Below, piece by piece: positions 25,701 to 37,300 of a stretch of DNA of 64,000 bases. A program made the translations under genes and the position numbers. Each line of letters starts with the position of its first letter. The stretch's first letter is position 1. Under the pieces are notes generated by a model. That model ran no database searches. It had not been told where the DNA came from and saw only the letters and a program-made list of their open reading frames with translations. Source of the stretch: Lytechinus pictus (lineage: Eukaryota); contig NC_087258.1 in the NCBI RefSeq assembly GCF_037042905.1, forward strand, positions 682,001-746,000. The letters run 5' to 3'.

Positions 25701-26975
25701 GATGTCACCTGAGTCCATTCATCCGTCATGATCTGAGTCATTTTATTAGTTGTAATTTGAGTCATCCCATCAGTTGTGCTCTGAGTCGGTTCGTTTGTAG
25801 CGATTTTAGTCGTTTTATAAGTTGTTACTTGAGTGATGTCATCGGTTTTCACCTGAGTCGTGTCACTGGAAACTATCTTAGCTGTTTCTTCACTTCTAAT
25901 CTGAGTTGCCACTTCTGTCATGACACCAGTTGATGTTGAAAATGAGATTGATTGCACCGGTGATGTATCGGTTAATAACTCCGTTTGCGATTCAGTATTT
26001 TTCGAATTAAGAGTTGAAGATTGTTGATCCGTTTTTATGGTGGCAGGTGTCACTATGGTAGACTGTACGGCTGGTGTACCAGTTGAAACGTCCAATGTGT
26101 TTGTAACAATAAAGACTTCCGTAGGGTTAGTAGGTTCTGCCGTGACTGCATCAGTTGGCTGATCTGACGATGTAGCAGAACTCGTCTGGAACACGGAAGA
26201 GTCTGTCATAGCTGAAGTTTCGGTTGACGCCTCCGTTGTAATAGTTCCTGATGCCACTGTAGTTTGGCCTGTTGCAAGATCAGTTTGGATCAGTGTATAA
26301 GTAGACTGAGAAGACGGTTCCCTTGACGTTGACATTGTAGAAGCGTCCGTGTTAGTGTTTTCTGTGTTTGTTGTAGGGCTACTTGTCATCTGAGTAGGAT
26401 TCGAAGGCAACTCAGTTGGCAATGTAGCGTCATTAGTTTTCGAAGTGACTTCCAATAAGGTCACATAATCTATCACAGTCACACTTTCTGTTTGAGCGAT
26501 TGATTGCGTTACAATTCCTGAATTTTAACAGAAAAAAAATAATGACTTAATTAATGCATCAATTAGATTAAATTGTGCGTGTTTAAAAAATTACTAAAAT
26601 AATGCAAATAATGTGGCAGAAAGTCCCGCAATCAACGCGAGTGTGTTAATATTAACAGTTTTATTACAGAATAAAATTCAGACCTGAGAATAGAATCAAA
26701 TAATAATAATGCAGTTACAGTGACGAGATTTCCATTAGAAATCAAAGCCGTTAATGTTTTTTCAGACTTTGAAAAAAAAATTTACCGACTACTGTATTCC
26801 TTATTCCCGCTTGATTTGTATTATATTAACCACTCATTTTAAATATTTAACTGGTTAACATTTGATGGATAAATCTAATCTTACCATTTGAAAATCCACC
26901 TGCGAGACAAATCACAATAATCACAATCCTGACATCTGGAACAATATTCCACAAGTATAAATTCCTTGAATCCAT
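4630..26975 (-). CDS. Gene A (whole, 20 exons, ~2,840 aa): type I membrane mucin with 12 CCP modules, SP-mucin-[4CCP-linker-2CCP-mucin]x2-TM-tail
   Basis: Exons joined by hand; all ectodomain exons phase 1-1; CCACCATGG start, TAG stop at 4630. Confidence 0.87.
5195..5355 (-). CDS. Gene A transmembrane exon (AWWVIFASSVGGASLLWLLASCGTLIFVIM-SKQRRR)
   Basis: Hydrophobic helix plus basic cluster; gtaagc donor, phase 1-0. Confidence 0.88.
5945..6988 (-). CDS. Gene A mucin exon 3 (348 codons)
   Basis: ORF 5937-6785 stays open upstream to aag acceptor at 6989. Confidence 0.88.
7505..7705 (-). CDS. Gene A CCP 2f
   Basis: FNC..LQG..CTDGIWSP..PTC, 201 nt. Confidence 0.9.
8583..8777 (-). CDS. Gene A CCP 2e
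   Basis: Near-identical to 16375-16569, 195 nt. Confidence 0.9.
8963..9721. mobile_element. MITE with ~23-bp terminal inverted repeats
   Basis: aaatacatatgagcgattccaag vs reverse complement of cgtggaatcgcccatatgtattt. Confidence 0.7.
10220..10309 (-). CDS. Gene A linker mini-exon 2 (SGSSEYTASTLEPQPVFTQEYFTLPPDGH)
   Basis: 90 nt, cag/gtaag, shares FTQEYFTLPPDG with 16916-17002. Confidence 0.85.
10825..11013 (-). CDS. Gene A CCP 2d
   Basis: Paralog of 17846-18034, 189 nt. Confidence 0.9.
11692..11880 (-). CDS. Gene A CCP 2c
   Basis: Paralog of 18502-18690, 189 nt. Confidence 0.9.
12306..12500 (-). CDS. Gene A CCP 2b
   Basis: Paralog of 21606-21800, 195 nt. Confidence 0.9.
12619..12807 (-). 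CDS. Gene A CCP 2a
   Basis: Paralog of 22571-22753, 189 nt. Confidence 0.9.
13120..14625 (-). CDS. Gene A mucin exon 2 (502 codons)
   Basis: Within ORF 13067-14653; cag/gtatgt; ~83-aa internal repeats. Confidence 0.9.
15171..15381. mobile_element. Short hairpin MITE (Harbinger-like ends)
   Basis: ggggcattgcaaaaaatttgcgatcaattgca ... gcgattgattgcaaatattttcttgcaacacccc. Confidence 0.65.
15448..15648 (-). CDS. Gene A CCP 1f (TCTAPSVADN...CRDGTWNPSNVPTCE)
   Basis: 201 nt Sushi pattern; correct frame not in ORF track; paralog of 7505-7705. Confidence 0.9.
16375..16569 (-). CDS. Gene A CCP 1e
   Basis: 4 Cys, HGD, W; 195 nt. Confidence 0.9.
16916..17002 (-). CDS. Gene A linker mini-exon 1 (AGTTEAVTTSEPKPIFTQEYFTLPPDGE)
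   Basis: 87 nt, tag/gtaag, paralog of 10220-10309; not in ORF track. Confidence 0.85.
17380..17770. repeat. Interspersed element with nine GCATAAT motifs and central homopolymer runs
   Basis: GCATAAT copies clustered at 17397-17506 and 17702-17752. Confidence 0.55.
17846..18034 (-). CDS. Gene A CCP 1d
   Basis: FSC..LSGP..TCVDGTW..C, 189 nt. Confidence 0.9.
18502..18690 (-). CDS. Gene A CCP 1c
   Basis: 4 Cys plus CTEGRW, 189 nt. Confidence 0.9.
21134..21258. mobile_element. Small Harbinger/PIF-like MITE
   Basis: cag-GGGCCCGTTTCATA ... TATGAAAGGGCCC-cag; CWG-type 3-bp TSD. Confidence 0.7.
21606..21800 (-). CDS. Gene A CCP 1b
   Basis: HG..FSC..CNDGAW..PTC, 195 nt. Confidence 0.9.
22020..22498. 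mobile_element. Kolobok-like TTAA MITE, degenerate copy of the 59733-60318 family
   Basis: TTAA ends, GTGGACTTGAC TIR, shared internal blocks (catgtggaatt, ggttcagtcaagtt). Confidence 0.75.
22571..22753 (-). CDS. Gene A CCP 1a
   Basis: 4 Cys plus Trp, 183 nt, tag/gtaag. Confidence 0.9.
23353..26517 (-). CDS. Gene A mucin exon 1 (1055 codons, Thr-rich, ~8-aa TTQITTDE periodicity)
   Basis: ORF 23318-26482 extended to cag acceptor; gtaagt donor. Confidence 0.92.
26885..26975 (-). CDS. Gene A exon 1, signal peptide MDSRNLYLWNIVPDVRIVIIVICLAGGFSN
   Basis: Strong Kozak CCACCATGG, hydrophobic IVIIVICLAG, gtaag donor, phase 1. Confidence 0.8.
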
Positions 26976-28689
26976 GGTGGTTGTATACAGACGGAATAAC
27001 TGTATTGTTATAAGTACAATTTTCTTCCTTTTTGGTAAGTGGAGTTTTTCGTATTAGCATCAGATAGAATGTTTAGGATGTCGACAAATTTGAAACATTT
27101 TTGTGTTAGGATGATCATTCAATCTGATTCTTCTCTGCCCTTTAATGCTATAAAATCAGAGCGTTAAAAACCAAGATTTACAAATTCTACATGTTATTTA
27201 TAGTATCTGTTCTAAACAAAGCTGGCGGAGGTAAAATGGAATTCAAATTAGCGAGATGCAAATTTTAACCCCAAGGACACAGGTAGTGATCATTCTCAAT
27301 AAAAAGCAAAGTCCACCAAGCGAAAACAATCACACCTAGCGTGGAACCTTCAAAAAACTTTCTACAGTATTGCGATCAATTTAAGAGGTAACTCAACAGT
27401 AGCTTATGTCGAATATTGTTTGCCGTTGTTTGATATGTGCTGGTTGTCCCACCCTTGTCCATTTTGACATGATAGATGATCTTGTCGCATGTTACAGTGA
27501 CGTGTTTCTACTACTCACCAGTTTGACCAATACTTGGCGCCCGGGTGCAAATGTCAAAACCTATCCGCCGCAGTCATAGAACAGTGTACAATGTGTTCTG
27601 ACTAAACAAGAAGCGCCTTCATTGGAGCCATCGATTCAGGCTCGGAGTTTTTCCGAACATGCTAAACAAAAACAAAAATCGCACGTTCATGTCCGATATC
27701 TATTACTGAAATAAAGGTATATGTGCACATGTGAGCAAAATACAAAACAAAACACGAACAAGAAATTTTTTATTGAAAACAATTCATGCTTATTGCTTAT
27801 AATTTATCTGGATTATTACACAGATACGTTAACATATTTTTATAAAATAATAGGATTTGAATTTACAAGGAAAGCGTACTGTCATCGAAGTGGATAGCCT
27901 CCATAAAATCTTAAATTATAAAAAGTAACACTGTGCAATGAGTTTTATTTCTTCAGGTTTCAAAGCATAAATTTAAAATCCCAATATATACACTTTACAT
28001 AAAAGCTACGACTCGCATTCTAAATATTATAGATAGAAGCATGAAACATCTGATAAAAACGTAATATTTTATAGGCATGATGGTTGAAAAGGCAAGAAAA
28101 ATTGTTATAAACCTGCAACGAGCGTGTGCGCCCTGAGAAGAAAGGTGAGGAGATATCCTATTATTTACAAATGAATGAAAAAAAAGACAAGGACGGTAAC
28201 ATTTACGAGCTAAAAGTTAACTTGTTTTTTAAATTGAAATAAAACAGCTTAATGTAGTTCTAAAAATAATGGATTAATCATATATATGTGTTTTTTGTAC
28301 AGTTTCGTAAAACAATATTTGTAAATAGTTAAAATCCGATTGGGTTCTTATGGTTTGCGACGGTAATCAGTAAACCATGTTCTAGCTGAAAATTATAATG
28401 GATATGGTTTCTTAACTTCCCATGCAGGTAAAATTATGAACTTATTTCACATCATAAGCTTTTCCAGTTTATAGTATATCTCCGTAAATTGCAGTGTATT
28501 GTATGTATAAAGTGTAATTCCTAACTCCACTTTTTATATATAATAGGTATATTGATTTTGAATTTGATATTTGATATTTAAGAGTAGATATTGACTAGTA
28601 GGCTATCCACTGGCCTCACAAGCAAATGGTCTTGATGTTAGATCGTTCAACATCACAATGGGTAATTCCTCTTTCCGAACGGTTTATTT

Positions 28690-29170
28690 TCAAGTTGTCT
28701 AATGCCAATTCGTCTAATAACCAACTCGTCAACTATCATTTGGTCTACCATCAAGTCTCACTATATACATGATCCGATTGCCATTTCGTCCACTCACCTT
28801 TTCGTCTGATAACCAGTTGGTCAAATAGCCATTTATTCCGTAAACAATTTGGTCTAATTGGATAGGTGTTAATTGGGCAAAATGAATGAAAAGAAAATGG
28901 TTATAAGACTAACCGGCTATTAGACGAAATAGTCATAGACGAACTGGTGATTAGACGAAGTGATTATTGGACCAAATATTTATAGGACCAAATGGTTGTT
29001 AGACGAAATGTTTATGAACGGAATGGCATAAGACTAAATGAAGGTAGATCATTTGATGTGTTGACGAATTAGCAATAGACAAATCGGCAGTTCCGAAAGT
29101 GTTGTAGACGAACTACTAGACAATATGCCCAGTATGGGATCATAAGGATAGGACCAAACGATATGTATAG
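28690..29170. repeat. Foldback-type element built of short TTCGTCTA / TAGACGAA subrepeats
   Basis: Left arm ttcgtcta/ttggtcta arrays, right arm tagacgaa/tagaccaa arrays. Confidence 0.65.
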
Positions 29171-31442
29171 ACAAAGCGTTTGTTATTGCATATAACAGTA
29201 GCAATATATCGATCTATTTTAACCCTGTGTAACCGTCAGATTAATTTTTAAAAATACCAAAAGGTTGTTATTAATTTATTCCAGATACCGCTGCATTGGT
29301 TTTTTTTTTGTCTCTCTTGATTTTATCTTTTAGGTCTAGCTCTCGTCCCCCTCTCTTTCCAATTAAATACACTACATGTACATCACTTGATCCTCTTTGA
29401 CGTTGGTTAAACCCCCTCCCCACATCTTCAGCCATACACACCATACCACATGTACAGTTTCTCACGCACCCATCCCTACCAACATACAAACACTTCCCTG
29501 TATTCCCTCTGCCGTGTATAAGTCATTCGTATCTGTCATTTTGACCCACCGATAACTACTCAATTTTCAATCATGAGGAATAGATCTTCTCCAAGTGATA
29601 CTACGGGTATTTTCATTGTTGCTAGGTGTATTTTTAGGACAAATTAGGACTTTACTCACCCTGACACCGCGGTACTCGAGTTGCGCTATTTTTGGAAGAA
29701 GTGATTTGGTCGACACTATGTTCATTTGTACTATTCACGAAGTGATAGACCTTTGGTTAAGTGTTAAATTGTTTAACAAATCAATTACAATGTCAGGTAT
29801 GCTCTGTCAATCTGTCATTTCAATCTGAGAGGGGTAAATAGGAGTGCATACCGAAGTACAAGCGAGTTTTTGCGTTGATATTATAATTTGATTACCAATC
29901 CTAAAAGAAATTATTGTAATAATTATATTTTTTCGTAAATTTGCTAGAATCATACACTACTCTATTTTGCGTTTATAACAAACAATTATTTGCCATTTTG
30001 CTCTATGAGATTCCTTTTATTTTAACATTAGTTCGTTACTAATCAAGGACCATCTAAACTTGGATAATAATAATAATGTCATTATTTACCGATGGTAACC
30101 ACGTCAGTTCCGAAAACTGTTCTCCCATTACATAACACTGTTTTAGAAAATAGTCATGCTATATGTTAATGCATTTGAGGGAGAGTTTGTTAAAGTTTGA
30201 CATGGATCGCATCTTGGGAGAGAATGATTGGGGCAACCATGCTGGTGAGTGGGGCAGGGGGTTCATTACTTAATACGTATATTGCCTTTATTTTTATACG
30301 TACATGTAAAAAGGACATTTTCAAGCTCAGAATTTATAAGTGCCGATAATTGTATAGGCCTATGTAGATTTTATTCAATCTGCATATAATCATTATTAAA
30401 AAAAAAAAACTCATAAGTATAAACTTATAAGTATATGCATAACATACATATTCTGTCATTGAACATTATGTGACTCATTATGTATGCAATTTTATTTACT
30501 GGATTTAATTACCGTTCAACATTAAGGTCTTGCCTAATATAATTAGCTATTTTATTTGTTTGAATTGAGTTGTGTTTACGCCTTATCTTAACCCCATGAT
30601 CTCTCCGCTTTGTTGCTTCAGAAATAAATTCGTTAAAAATGAAATCAAATCTCCATTAACTATTAATTTCATGTGAAGAGAAACTCTCATCAAAGGAATA
30701 GTTGCTTTCGTTAAAATATTTGTTAAATGTAAATAATCTTCAAGAGAATTCCTTATCTATGACTCGTTTGATAAATTATCCGTTATGAGTCTAGTATTAA
30801 AGTGCTTATTTTATGTCACATATCATCTCATTATATCCTATTATCATATTATGTTAACATGGAAATATCACATTATATGTTTTTTTAAACTGTTTTTAAA
30901 CTACAGTATATATCATGTATATATCATAGTCCCCCCTCATTTCCATTTATGCTCAATATTACTCTGTTTTTTTTTGTTTTACGAATTGAGAATGCCCGTC
31001 TGTAAAATTGTATTTGATTTGTATGACTTTATATTACTTTGTATCATGTTTTGAATGGAAATGGAATAAAGAATTGAATTGAAATTGAATTGAATAGAAN
31101 NNNNNNNNNNNNNNNNNNNNNNNNNNNNNNNNNNNNNNNNNNNNNNNNNNNNNNNNNNNNNNNNNNNNNNNNNNNNNNNNNNNNNNNNNNNNNNNNNNNN
31201 NNNNNNNNNNNNNNNNNNNNNNNNNNNNNNNNNNNNNNNNNNNNNNGTGTGTGCGGGTGTGTGTGGGGGTGAGGGTGTGTGTGTGTGTGTGAAATTATAC
31301 ATGTACAACAGCTATGGCAACTCTTTTATTTAAATATTTGTTGGGAAAGAAATGGATGAAGAGAACAACGGTAGGCGTAGCTTAAATCAAGGTTCCCCAA
31401 AGCTATCTGCCCTTTGGAAAAAAATGGTGATGCCGAAAAAAT

Positions 31443-31512
31443 ATATCTGCCGGGAATCGAACCCGGGCCCCAGCTTTGAACGCCGGTGCCTTGACCACTA
31501 TACCACAGAGAC
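31443..31512 (-). other. tRNA-like cloverleaf (A box, B box, apparent TCA anticodon); likely tRNA-derived repeat or pseudo-tRNA
   Basis: gtctctg tg gtat agtggtca aggc a ccggc gtTCAaa gctgg ggc ccggg ttcgatt cccgg cagatat followed by T6. Confidence 0.6.
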
Positions 31513-34295
31513 GGGTTAGAGGCTAGGGCGACCCCGATCCGATTCACCGTCAGCTAGACAGATTTTCGACACTACACCAATTATAATTTCCTTTCGAGTG
31601 TCGAAAAACCGTAGTAAACATGTAAAACCTGTATAAAACACACTTATTCACCGAAATACGGTTTGTTTACATTTTCTACGCCCTCTACGTCTTTACGCCT
31701 CGATTCTCGTTCCAACTTTATTTCATTTTTATTATTATTTGGACAGAATCTCGGAGGAAAAACATTTAAATTGTCTAAGTTTCGGCAAAAAGTGCGATGA
31801 CCATAAATCTGGTATATTCAAAAGTCGATTAAAAAAGGGAATAGTCAAATGTAAGTGTTTTTTATATTTTATTATTATTATTATTTTTGTGTGTGTGGGG
31901 GGGGGGGCATTTGATTATAATGACAAGCATTTGTATAGCGTCATTATTTTTTCTTTTATTCAAAGGTACCAGGTCCGCAATATGTAACATTTTATTCGCA
32001 CAGTTGCGAGAAAAGAAACATCTTTGGTTGAGATATATCGCTTGTTAATCCTTCATATTCCTACCAATTATTGCTTATTTAACGAATTCATTGATTCCTT
32101 ATTAGATCCTTTCATCGGTCTTCTTTCTATCTTTTCCTTTAAACTTTTGTTTAATGTTTATGTTTGAGCTTAATATTTTGTTTTAATATACATTTTGGTA
32201 TCAGCTATGATTTAAGCCTAGTTGGACTTAATGTCAGGGCCCTTGAACGACTTTTTAATCAGGGGATTTAAAATCTGACGTGCAGAAAGAAAGAAAAATG
32301 AAAGAAAAAAAAGTTTCATTAAAAACCAAGGTCGTTTTTTATTATATGAAATTCAGTTAATTTGGGTCAGGAGTTAGTAACTATTACGATTGAATACTTG
32401 CATATCATATATTTCATTCCAAAATCAGTTTGGTAACATATAAAACATTGTCATGAGTATCCTGCTCTTAACATGAATTGTATCATGAGCACGTACAAAC
32501 TTAAAAAGAATCAATTCATTTAATATCTTATAGAAAAACTTAATATTTTTTAACTAAACAACAATAAACCAGACCAAATTTAAACTCTGTTATATCATTC
32601 ATTTATTATGCAAATGTAGAAGTGGAATAGGAATATATTACTTTCAATCCTCAGAGTAAAAACTGGTATTTTTAGCATGGAAAAAAATAATCTACAAAAT
32701 TGATATTATACAATGTGTTGATGACGACGATATGAAATAAAATACATAGTAAAGAACTTAGTTTTGCAATTATATTAACTTTCTGGGGCTTGGTATTTAA
32801 CTTTCTAGATTCTATAAGAATACATAATAGGCACATTGTAAATCTTGCATGCAGCATAATCTCTCTATTTACACATAACGTATCATTGAAGAAAGTGAAA
32901 GCACATTAAAGGGTATTGTTTAGATAAAGGATAGAATGTCGCTTTCATTAAAACAAAAAATATAGTTTATCCGTTAGCAACGTCACATCGATTTATACAA
33001 TTATAATGGCACTATCTTAACATGCCACAGTTCAGATACGGTTCTAGTCCTATTCGAATAAATACAATTGTTACCAATGTAAGGTAATGCAAACTATTAA
33101 CGTTAAAAGTTAATACCATTGTGAGATAAGTTGACAGATTTTTGTCATCGACTTATAGTACTGTCGTGAAATGAAGGTTTATTTAAACAGAATGGCCTCA
33201 AACCGTCCGGGAAAAATATAAAACCACTTTAGATTTAATTAATTTAAGGGCAATTCCCCCCCCAAAAAAAAAAAAATGCATCCGTTAATTTTATAACAGT
33301 ATCAAGACTACTGTTCTGAATAGAAATGAGCGATATGTTTATTGAATTGCTCCATCAACGTGAATCGAAAGGTCATTCATAATGCACTTCATGAGAATAA
33401 CCAATATAAAGGTGGATACTCTTGGTTAAACATGTTCAAATACGTATAGATAGCTGAACAAACAATGGTCATGTATGAGGTTGTTTACCCCTCTTCCATG
33501 ATTTATTTTATCAAAACGAGATATACCTTAACTTTTATAACGGTGTGTTTGACTGACCAGGAAAGGAGTCATTAAATGCTTGATAGAGAGATCAAAAAGG
33601 ATTGTCAACAAATATCAATTTAAAAAACTGTCTTTGCAGTCACATCATCGAAATCCACTCCATTCTATTGTTTACGTTATGTTCAATGATACACCGTCAG
33701 TCGGTTTGGAGTGTATCTCTCCAGTGTGATTAAAGCAATAGAGAGTTTTCGCAACAGCAACGGACTCAAGAAATAGAAAATGTATTGTCAAAATGTCCTA
33801 ATGAAAAATTATAAGTGAGAAGTCTTTGTCAACAATTGGTGAATCAAATTACAGCTTTCTTAGACTTTCTGGATTAATGACATATTAAAAGTTTTTCGTC
33901 AGCTCCGACATTCAGGATGAAACTGATGTTCCGGTTTACCATTGTTTTGTCTTTGTGTGTGTTCTCCGACGGGCACTTTACTGTTTCAATACATTTACCG
34001 TATTTACTGGTTCCTATTGAAGTTACAAGAACTCCCTACCATCTCTATTGATAACACAGGAATCTTTTTTTTTTTTTTGCAACGTAATGTTTAATTTGCT
34101 AAACCTACAATTACTGTTTACGCTTCGTCTTAATTATTTGTAATAAAAACCATCGTAAAAAGTAAAAAAATAAATAGGTGATGATGAAAAAAGTTTTATA
34201 ATGAAATTAGTTATGTCGATTCGATTGGTTTCACCTCCAGCTCATGATGGGATCTTTAAACTGGCTTGCATTCCACGATTACGGGAGTCCCAGGT

Positions 34296-34340
34296 TTAAT
34301 GCATAGCCAAGTCGTTGAAGATTATACCAGGTTCCTTGAC
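34296..34340 (-). CDS. Gene B terminal coding exon VKEPGIIFNDLAMH*
   Basis: Polypyrimidine tract plus gcag acceptor, in phase, TAA stop. Confidence 0.7.
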   Translation of the reverse strand, partial: VKEPGIIFNDLAMH

Positions 34341-37300
34341 CTGCAAATGAGAGAAATAATGAAAAGAAATAAACAGGGCAGGATTACATAATAATTACAC
34401 AGTATTTTCTCTAATAAAACGCGTTATACAATACATGTAATAACATGAAAAATGTAAAGAAAAAAATTAATTGTTCCTTGTAAGCATCCATCTCCACACA
34501 AAATTAAATAAAAACAAATGAACGTAGAGGGCAGCAACACACGCCAAGACTGCAAATTGTTCCTACCCTCTACGTTCATTGATAAAATCCATCTATGCAT
34601 GGTGTGATTTAGTGTCGCTGATCATGTTCATTATTTGTGTTTAGTGTCAGCAATTTGTATATCAAATTACCAATAAATCAGGTGAGAATTCTGGACCCTC
34701 ATTGGCCCTTCTATCATTCGACCTGCGATGACTAGAGATGGTCACTAACGCAGTCTCAGGCAGAACGTTCGGCCCGCGCCCCGGCGGCTGTCTCATCCTC
34801 ATGAGGGAGTGTCCGTATCTCTCAATTTCGGGGTCGAGTGCCGAGTCAACACTGGATCCAAGGGATTCGGACCCATCAAACACTTTAGCAAAGAACATGG
34901 GTCCATCAGCGCCTCGTTCTTCAGCGTACATTCCAGCATCGTAATAATTCTGTATGCAAGAATGCGAAAATTCGTTAGATAAAGTTACAGAAACCGTCAT
35001 GTTTAAGTTGAATTTTTACAAGGGGTTTTGGTACTTATATTTATTCAATTTCAATAGAGAATTCATATTTTTTTTCAGAAATAAGAGATAGAAAGATACA
35101 TCAATAGTTTGTGATATACTCTTTACACACATGAATGGTAAATAGAGTAAGATAGAGTGAATGCAGGAGAGGGATTGATACGATTAGAAATATAATAAGC
35201 AGCAAAAAATGCATTCAGGAATTAAACAACTGGTAAATCAGTTGGCCAGGAAGAAATTCTCAGAATATGTGATTATGATCCAGCTCACTACTTTCATTGT
35301 GTTATTCTACTTTTGCTTCACCCCCCCCCAAAAAAAAAAATAATAGAATAAATAATGGATACTTTGAACCAACTTGCAAATGCGTTAAGTATTGCGCACT
35401 TTTCTCTTTAATTACGAAAAGGTCCGTATATTAATAAAGGGGGGTGTGATCATCAAATTTGGTTGTATACCCGGCTGCAAGGACCAAGTATTCGGGCAAG
35501 ATTTGTATTTCTTTTTCTTTCCACCAAACTTCGGTCGATTATGGAGCCGGTGTTTACCAAAATGTCAGAACCAACAAATTCGTATTTTTTTTTCCAAAAC
35601 AGTTACTCGAGGGTAATACGTTTCGGCGCGATCACCCGTTTTGGTTGAAGTAACGCGCTTACCCCTTTACGTAGAATGATATCATCGTTTGAATATCTAC
35701 GCTGTTTACGTTGAGGATCAGGACGAAGGTCGTCCTGGAACCGCTGCTTGTAATATCGTCTCCGTTGGACCCTTAGCATGTACGCAAGACAACAGAAGAA
35801 GGAAAGTAATGCTGCTACTGCACATGTGCTGAGTGCAATGATGATTGCCTCCCAGGGTGCTGTAGAAATACAAAATACAGAAGAGTAAGTTGCGTCTATA
35901 TTTACATGTTAATATTACAATTGACGGTCTGCCCACTCAGATTCAGATATTCAGATTCATTGATTTCGTCCTCAATGGAAATTCAGTCTGTTGGCATTAC
36001 AAAGTATACATACATTATTTACCGTATACTGCACTTACATTATTTACATAGATTATACTGCACAATAATATACATCATGCACACCATATATGTCATTATT
36101 TCAGTCATTATATTGTTACATTATTATATTATTATATTACATGTCCAATAGAAGAAATTTGTTTCCTTGTTACTTATTTCATCCCACTCTTCATGCCGTT
36201 TCGAGTAGTATAGGGGGAGGGGACTCTAGGACTGGTGTGTAATAAGGCATTGATTTACACCGATTATTCCATTTTTGTTTTGTTCTTTTTGTATTTTCCA
36301 TTTTCCAACAGCAAAAAAAAACAGTATAAACTAAAACAAAAGTAAACAATTAAAGTAGGATTAAGCAATACAAATTAAAACATCAGAATCATAGATTTGA
36401 AAGTGATATTAATAAATGCAAATTTCAATTCATAACCTTCGTGATTTAGGGCATAATTTTGATCGAAATTTTAAACCTTTAAACCATGGTTGAATTTCCA
36501 CATTCAATATGGTGGCTATGCCGCATTTGCGATATAAAAAAGTAGGTCTACTTGTATATCGTAAACATTCTGTTGATAGAATGGCAGCTACACTGCGAGC
36601 CCCCCCCCCCCCCCAAGTTTGTTTGACATCGGTCAGGAACGCCAGAGAAATGTTGAAACAGCACCAGTTCAGGATCAACCCAATACTTGGTGTGAGTCCA
36701 AAATTGATTTTTTTGGAAATTTCATGTCATGGAACCCTTAAATTTTGTCTATTAGACTGACAGTGCGTGTAGCATTCTCATATAAGGTAATTATAGAGAA
36801 CTGAATATTTACCTAAGCCGGATGACGGTTGTTCAGTAGTCCCAGTGTCTGTATTGGGAACAACGGAATATAGAACGTATATGAAAAGTAGATCACACAT
36901 ATTGACATCATAATACTGTTGCAAAAAGACAGAGAGAGGTATAATAAAGGGATTATGTTTGATAGAACCCAATTCATACGCTTATCTGAAACCTTCGTAT
37001 CCTATAAAAGATGGCGAGTTGTAATGTTTTAGTATTCTGTAGAGTTTTTTTAAATGATTTTGGGGAATTTATTTTGGGAGCCGAAAACTAATCCACCTGT
37101 TGCCATGCCTGTCGAATTCCTAATCGGTAAGAAAGTAACACAGGCCGATATTTGCAAAGAAAAAAAAAAAAAAAGTATGAATTTAACAAACTTCTTACTT
37201 AAAACCCTTCCTTCAGTTGCGCTTTATGTGATGTTATACTAACTGACTTGTTGGATAGTTGTATTTGTTTACCATTCAACACTTGATTGCCGATTTTTTT

